Below, one piece after another: positions 35,046 through 37,632 of a stretch of DNA of 37,632 nucleotides. Location of the stretch: assembly GCA_003990765.1 (NCBI GenBank), contig RBNJ01000185.1, positions 1 through 37,632 on the forward strand, in the 5' to 3' direction. The notes under the pieces were generated by a model. That model worked only from the letters and a program-made list of their open reading frames with translations. It was not told the DNA's origin and ran no database searches. Every line of letters starts with the position of its first letter. Position 1 is the stretch's first letter. Position numbers and translations under genes: made by a program. This stretch comes from Jimgerdemannia flammicorona (Eukaryota).

Positions 35046-35059
35046 AAAGAAAGAAAGAA

Positions 35060-35403
35060 TGTAAAAAATTATTATATATCTATAAGTTACTAGAAATTCT
35101 GATAAAAATTCTGATATGAAATTTCTAACTAATAGTTATAGTTATTTAAAATAGTATAAATATATATAGATATATCCAGTATACTATATTTAGTCATAGT
35201 CCCAAATATGTATAAATACTCTCTATACTGAGTATATTATAACTTCAGCTTTACTTTTTCTAAATATAAGAATAAAATAGTATTCTTATTACAGAATTCT
35301 CAGACTTAACTTGTTAATAATTCTGAGTCTAATTAACTTATAATATAAGCATAATATTTCTATTAGTATAAGAATCCAAAAGTGATATCTAAACTCTATC
35401 ACA
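35060..35403 (+). repeat. Putative short 3' LTR of element D (~344 bp)
   Basis: Purine tract 35046-35059, TG start, TATAAATA ~35211, AATAAA ~35271, ends TCACA. No second copy in the window. Confidence 0.5.
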
Positions 35404-36121
35404 ATAAGCAATTAGAACTCAGTGCTTTCTCAAAAACTCAGAACTTAGGACTGATAGTCATTATTGACTATCTATAATATATTAATTCTATTAGTATATA
35501 GTTTTAGTAAAATTAATAAAAAATTATTTTATAAACTAAGTATATCTAAATAATTTAATAATCTTAATGTTTTTAATATTTAATAAATATATACTATATG
35601 TATCTTTTATATAATACTAAATATAATATAAAATAATATATTATTTTTTATTATAGATAGAAATTATTATATATTTTAAATTTTCTCTATTGAGATTTAT
35701 TTTCTTTTAATATTTTTTTAGTTTAATTTTTTTTAAAACTGAGATATCTGTATTAATACTATTTTTTCAAAACTTTCTCTATTATTAAACCCTTATAAAT
35801 ATAAATAATATCTATCTGACTACTTTTTTCCAACTATAATCTTTGAAAAAGTTAATAAAAAATATTCACTCTTATATTAATCATATTAATTAAGACTTAT
35901 TTTGAATACTGTAAAGTAGAATAAGAATACCCTCTTATAATATATAACTCTAAATTTTAGAACTTGTATGGCTACAACATTTTTCTATAAATATAAACAA
36001 TTCTGACAGAGTTAAAATTAAATCACTTATTGAAATATGTACATAGCTATAGAATAAAATTACACAAGAGTAAATCTCCTAGTTATATTGAACAGCCATA
36101 TTACCTAATTGTCATTGCCAT

Positions 36122-37632
36122 CTAAAGACGAGCAATTATGCATAGATTGTGAGCTCGATTACATCATGTAGCTGCACACAATGCTTCACAACATATCTCA
36201 GAAATTCAGTGTGGTCAAGGTCGTGTTCTGCTTCTGAGATTCAGCTAGAGAGTATGCCCCCTTGTCGCCAATGTTGTTATCTAAGGGATGGATGAACAAA
36301 TACGCACAGATCGTGAGCTTTATTCCATCGTGCAGCTGCACACAATGCTTCACATACTGTAGAGATTCAGCGTGGTCAAGGTCGTGTTCTGCTTCAGAGA
36401 CTCGGCTAAGGCGCGTGCCCCCTCGTCGCCGATGCTGTTATCTAAGGGATGGATGAGCAAACACGCACAGATCGTGAGCTTGATTCCATCGCGCAGCTGC
36501 ACACAATGCTTCACACAGTTCCGACATACAGGAGATTCAGCATGGTCAAGGTCGTGTTCTGCTTCAGAGACTCGGCTAAGGCGTGTGCCCCCTCGTCACC
36601 GATGCTGTTATCTAAGGGATGGATGAGCAAACACGCACAGATCGTGAGCTTGATTCCATCGCGCAGCTGCACACAATGCTTCATACAGTTCCGACATACC
36701 TTCAAGATTCAGCGTGGTCAAGGTCGTGTTCTGCTTCAGAGACTCGGCTAAGGCGCGTGCCCCCTCGTCGCCGATGCTGTTCCCTAAACATGAACAGGGG
36801 ATGGATGAGCAAACACGCACAGATCGTGAGCTTGATTCCATCGCGCAGCTGCACACAATGCTTCACACAGTTCCGACATACTTCCGAGCTTCAGCATGGT
36901 CAAGGTCGTGTTCTGCTTCAGAGACTCGGCTAAGGCATGTGCCCCCTCGTCGCCAATGCTGTTCCCTAAACATGAACAGGGGATGGATGAGCAAACACGC
37001 ACAGATCGTGAGCTTGATTCCATCACGCAGCTGCACACAATGCTTCACACAGTTCCGACATACTGTAGAGATTCAGCATGGTCAAGGTCGTGTTCTGCTT
37101 CAGAGACTCGGCTAAGGCATGTGCCCCCTCGTCGCCAATGCTGTTATCTAAGGGATGGATGAGCAAACACGCACAGATCGTGAGCTTGATTCCATCATGC
37201 AGCTGCATACAATGCTTCACATAGTTCCGACATACTGTAGAGATTCAGCATGGTCAAGGTCGTGTTCTGCTTCAGAGACTCGGCTAAGGCGCGTGCCCCC
37301 TCATCGCCGATGCTGTTCCCTAAACATGAGCAGGGGATGGATGAGCAAACACACACAGATCGTGAGCTTGATTCCATCACGCAGCTGCACACAATGCTTC
37401 ACACAGTTCCGACATACAAAAGAGATTCAGCGTGGTCAAGGTCGTGTTCTGCTTCAGAGACTCGGCTAAGGCGCGTGCCCCCTCGTCGCCGATGCTGTTA
37501 TCTAAGGGATGGATGAGCAAACACGCACAGATCGTGAGCTTGATTCCATCGCGCAGCTGCACACAATGCTTCACACAGTTCCGACATACTTTCGAGATTC
37601 AGCGTGGTCAAGGTCGTGTTCTGCTTCAGAGA
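36122..37632. repeat. Tandem array of ~172/182-bp exon+intron units (>=8.5 copies)
   Basis: Near-identical units including introns; two intron 3' variants (CCCTTAG|AT and CCCCTG(T/C)TCATGTTTAG|GG). Confidence 0.95.
36197..37632 (-). CDS. 3' part of a spliced RNI/NLRC3-like LRR protein gene (runs off the window). Exons 37590->end, 37418-37501, 37236-37319, 37064-37147, 36882-36965, 36700-36783, 36530-36611 (82 nt), 36358-36441, 36197-36280 (degenerate)
   Basis: Each 84-nt exon encodes xNSIGDEGARALAESLKQNTTLTTLNLx. Phase-1 introns GTATGT...TTAG of 88 or 98 nt (one of 77). The 82-nt exon creates a stop in the next exon. Confidence 0.85.

Larger units (their letters stand above)
17467..35403 (+). 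mobile_element. Element D: heavily decayed chromodomain-type Ty3/gypsy host element (RH-IN-chromo-3'ORF-PPT-LTR) interrupted by several insertions
   Basis: RH at 17467-17956 (DKKLLTFIQSL*L*RYFL, KIKHIAETKNKVA); IN at 30542-31606 (FCDIC*RYK, QIDGQTERANKIL, IHPVF); chromodomain at 34268-34420 (YEVDHILDH...IWEKEDNL). Coding sequence is continuous across the insertion sites. Confidence 0.8.

Noticed and set aside
36262..37574. Plus-strand and intron-readthrough ORFs in the array (e.g. 36714-37115)
   Set aside because: Antisense or unspliced shadows of the LRR exons.
36122..37632. CRISPR array or non-coding satellite
   Set aside because: No unique spacers; units consist of GT-AG introns plus 84-nt LRR-coding exons.

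Overview
Eukaryotic DNA, most plausibly from an early-diverging (Mucoromycota-like) fungus. This is an inference from gene content, short GTATGT..TAG introns and TE types. Positions 1-3.5 kb are CpG-rich unique sequence with one intronless VC0807-family membrane protein gene (- strand). Positions ~3.7-36 kb are a CpG-depleted nest of transposons: two chromodomain Ty3/gypsy remnants (A, D; + strand), an old (B) and a younger, structurally complete (C; 12.6 kb, 2.35-kb LTRs, 4-bp TSD) dUTPase-encoding Ty3/gypsy element (- strand), a fold-back hAT-type MITE carrying a solo LTR of family A, and a tiny polyA-tailed retroposed insert. From 36.1 kb to the end lies the 3' part of an LRR gene built from near-identical tandem exon+intron units (one 84-nt exon = one 28-aa LRR), whose variable residues sit on the exon junction. 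Main finding: three divergent retrotransposon families (A, B, C) each carry, inside the LTR and upstream of the TATA box (U3), a homologous ~240-350 aa ORF of a family I do not recognise. A weaker homolog lies just outside the LTR in D. All alignments and translations were done by eye; boundaries of decayed elements are approximate.
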